This document shows positions 15,877-17,605 of a stretch of DNA of 17,605 nt, piece after piece. The notes under the pieces are model-generated. The model had not been told where the DNA came from and did no database searches. It worked only from the letters and a program-made list of their open reading frames with translations. Source of the DNA: Trueperaceae bacterium (lineage in GTDB: Bacteria; Deinococcota; Deinococci; Deinococcales; Trueperaceae); the NCBI GenBank assembly GCA_035703635.1, contig DASSXV010000045.1, positions 1 to 17,605 on the forward strand, read 5' to 3'. Every line of letters starts with the position of its first letter. Within the stretch, counting starts at the first letter, position 1. The position numbers and the translations under genes are program-made.

Positions 15877-17442
15877 GTGGCAGACGACACCATCACCTGG
15901 ATGAACGAGCTCACCGCCGAGATGGAGGAGCGCCGCAAGAAGATCGAGGCCGGCGGCGGCGAGCAGCGGCTCAGAAAGCAGCGGGAATCTGGTCGCCTAA
16001 CGGCGCGAGAGCGCGTCGCCGCGCTCCTCGACCATGGCAGCTTCGTCGAGCTTGGCGTGTTCGTCGCGCACCGCGGTGGTGACCTCATGGACGGAGTCTC
16101 CGCACCCGGCGAGGGGGTCGTCACGGGCTACGGCACCGTCAACGGCCGCACCGTGTTCGTGTTCTCGCAGGACTTCACCGTCCTCGGCGGCAGCCTCGGC
16201 AAGATGCACGGGCAGAAGATCGCCAACGTCATGGACTTGGCCGTGCGGACGGGCGCGCCCATCGTCGGCCTCAACGACTCGGCGGGCGCGCGCATTCAAG
16301 AGGGCGTCGACTCGCTGTCTGGTTATGGCGACGTGTTCTTCCGCAACGCGCGCTACTCGGGCGTGGTGCCGCAGATCTCGGCGATCCTGGGGCCGTGCGC
16401 TGGCGGCGCCGTGTACAGCCCAGCCATGACGGACTTCGTGCTCATGGCGCGCGGCACCTCGTACATGTTCATAACCGGCCCCGAGGTCATCAAGTCGGTG
16501 ACCAAGGAAGTCGTCACGCTCGAGGAGCTCGGTGGGGCCGACGTGCACGCGAAGCTCTCCGGCGTGGCTCACTTAGAGGGCGTAGACGACGCCGACGTGC
16601 TCGCCACCATCCGCCAGCTGCTCGCATACTTGCCGCAATCGGCGCGGGAGAAGCCGCCGCTCCGCGCGACCAAGGACCCTGACTCGCGCGAGACGTCCGA
16701 GCTCCTCGCAGTCGTGCACCCTGACCAGCGCAGGCCGTACCCCATGATCGACGTCGTCAAGGGTGTGGTCGATGACCGCGAGTTCCTCGAGATCCAACCG
16801 GACTTCGCCAAGAACATGATCGTCGGCTTCGCGCACCTTGGCGGACAGGCCGTTGGCGTGGTGGCGAACAACCCACGGCACCTCGCGGGCACCCTAGACA
16901 GCGATGCTTCCGACAAGGCGGCGCGTTTCATCCGCACCTGTGACGCCTTCAACGTGCCGATCGTGACCTTCGTGGACGTTAGCGGTTTCATGCCAGGCGT
17001 CGCCCAGGAGCACGCTGGGATCATCCGCCACGGCGCCAAGATGCTGTACGCGTATGCCGAAGCGACCGTGCCGAAAGTGACGCTCATCGTGCGCAAGAGT
17101 TACGGCGGTGCGTACCTCGCGATGAACTCGCGCGACATGGGCGCGGACGTGGTGCTCGCCTGGCCGACTGGCGCCGTGGCAGTGATGGGCGCGGAGGGCG
17201 CCGCCAACATCATCTACCGCCGCGACATCCAGAAGGCGCAAGACCCGGCTGCCACGCGCGCCGCCCGCATCGCGGAGTACAAGCGGCGCTTCGACAACCC
17301 GTACGCTGCCGCGGAACGCGGTTACATCGACGACGTAATCGACCCGAAGGACACGCGCCGCAGGCTCATCAGCAGCCTACGGATGCTAGAGGGCAAAGAA
17401 GTGCAGGTGCCCTACAGGAAGCACGGCAACATTCCGCTTTAG
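15877..17442 (+). CDS. pccB: Acyl-CoA carboxylase carboxyltransferase (beta) subunit, propionyl-CoA carboxylase type
   Basis: GRLTARER, QDFTVLGGSLG, DSAGARIQEGV, GPCAGGAVYSPAMTD, MFITGP, KAARFIRTCDAFN, RKSYGGAY, AVMGAEGA, KHGNIPL; SD AGGAGG and TATCCT (15839-15844) upstream. Confidence 0.93.
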   Translation: MADDTITWMNELTAEMEERRKKIEAGGGEQRLRKQRESGRLTARERVAALLDHGSFVELGVFVAHRGGDLMDGVSAPGEGVVTGYGTVNGRTVFVFSQDFTVLGGSLGKMHGQKIANVMDLAVRTGAPIVGLNDSAGARIQEGVDSLSGYGDVFFRNARYSGVVPQISAILGPCAGGAVYSPAMTDFVLMARGTSYMFITGPEVIKSVTKEVVTLEELGGADVHAKLSGVAHLEGVDDADVLATIRQLLAYLPQSAREKPPLRATKDPDSRETSELLAVVHPDQRRPYPMIDVVKGVVDDREFLEIQPDFAKNMIVGFAHLGGQAVGVVANNPRHLAGTLDSDASDKAARFIRTCDAFNVPIVTFVDVSGFMPGVAQEHAGIIRHGAKMLYAYAEATVPKVTLIVRKSYGGAYLAMNSRDMGADVVLAWPTGAVAVMGAEGAANIIYRRDIQKAQDPAATRAARIAEYKRRFDNPYAAAERGYIDDVIDPKDTRRRLISSLRMLEGKEVQVPYRKHGNIPL

Positions 17443-17457
17443 CGTCACGCTGGGCGG

Positions 17458-17605
17458 TCAGTCGACCTCGCGCAGGTCGCTCATGAGCTGCCAACCGACG
17501 TCTGCTGGGGTGGCGTTGAGGCGCTCCTCGAGCCGTTCGGCCATCTCGGGAAGCAGGTCAGCCGGGTCTTGGCCAGGCTGCACGATGGCCACTACCGTTA
17601 GCTGG
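17458..17605 (-). CDS. 3' end of a hypothetical protein (runs off the right edge)
   Basis: Open frame ...QLTVVAIVQPGQDPADLLPEMAERLEERLNATPADVGWQLMSDLREVD* with host-like codon usage, convergent on pccB. Confidence 0.6.
   Translation of the reverse strand, partial: QLTVVAIVQPGQDPADLLPEMAERLEERLNATPADVGWQLMSDLREVD

Noticed and set aside
1-17605. CRISPR arrays, tRNA/rRNA genes, IS elements, prophage genes
   Set aside because: No spaced repeats, cloverleaf motifs, transposase or integrase genes were seen; nearly all sequence is accounted for by metabolic and repair genes.

Overview
GC-rich, gene-dense chromosomal window. Gene content and many apparently leaderless starts suggest Deinococcota, possibly Trueperaceae-like (inference). 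Left to right: (1) a divergent polyamine pair, with the 5' end of agmatine deiminase (missing from the ORF track) opposite speA-NUDIX, and a structured ~125-nt speA leader that can fold two ways; (2) minus-strand genes for an RNase Z-like hydrolase, an FlK-like thioesterase and a PaaH-like dehydrogenase; (3) a PucR/CdaR-family regulator divergent from a flavin reductase - M20 amidohydrolase - HpaB-like monooxygenase - aromatic-type solute-binding protein cluster, with palindromic operator candidates between them; (4) a DinB-family gene and nfo, back to back with nucS; (5) an atypical GalT-family gene coupled to an FtsB/DivIC-like gene; (6) an acyl-CoA carboxylase beta subunit and the 3' end of an unknown gene. 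No rRNA, tRNA, CRISPR array or mobile element was seen. The best candidates for new biology are the hydrolase-plus-monooxygenase cluster with an altered HpaB substrate loop and the riboswitch-like speA leader. All family calls rest on motifs recognised by eye; no searches were run.
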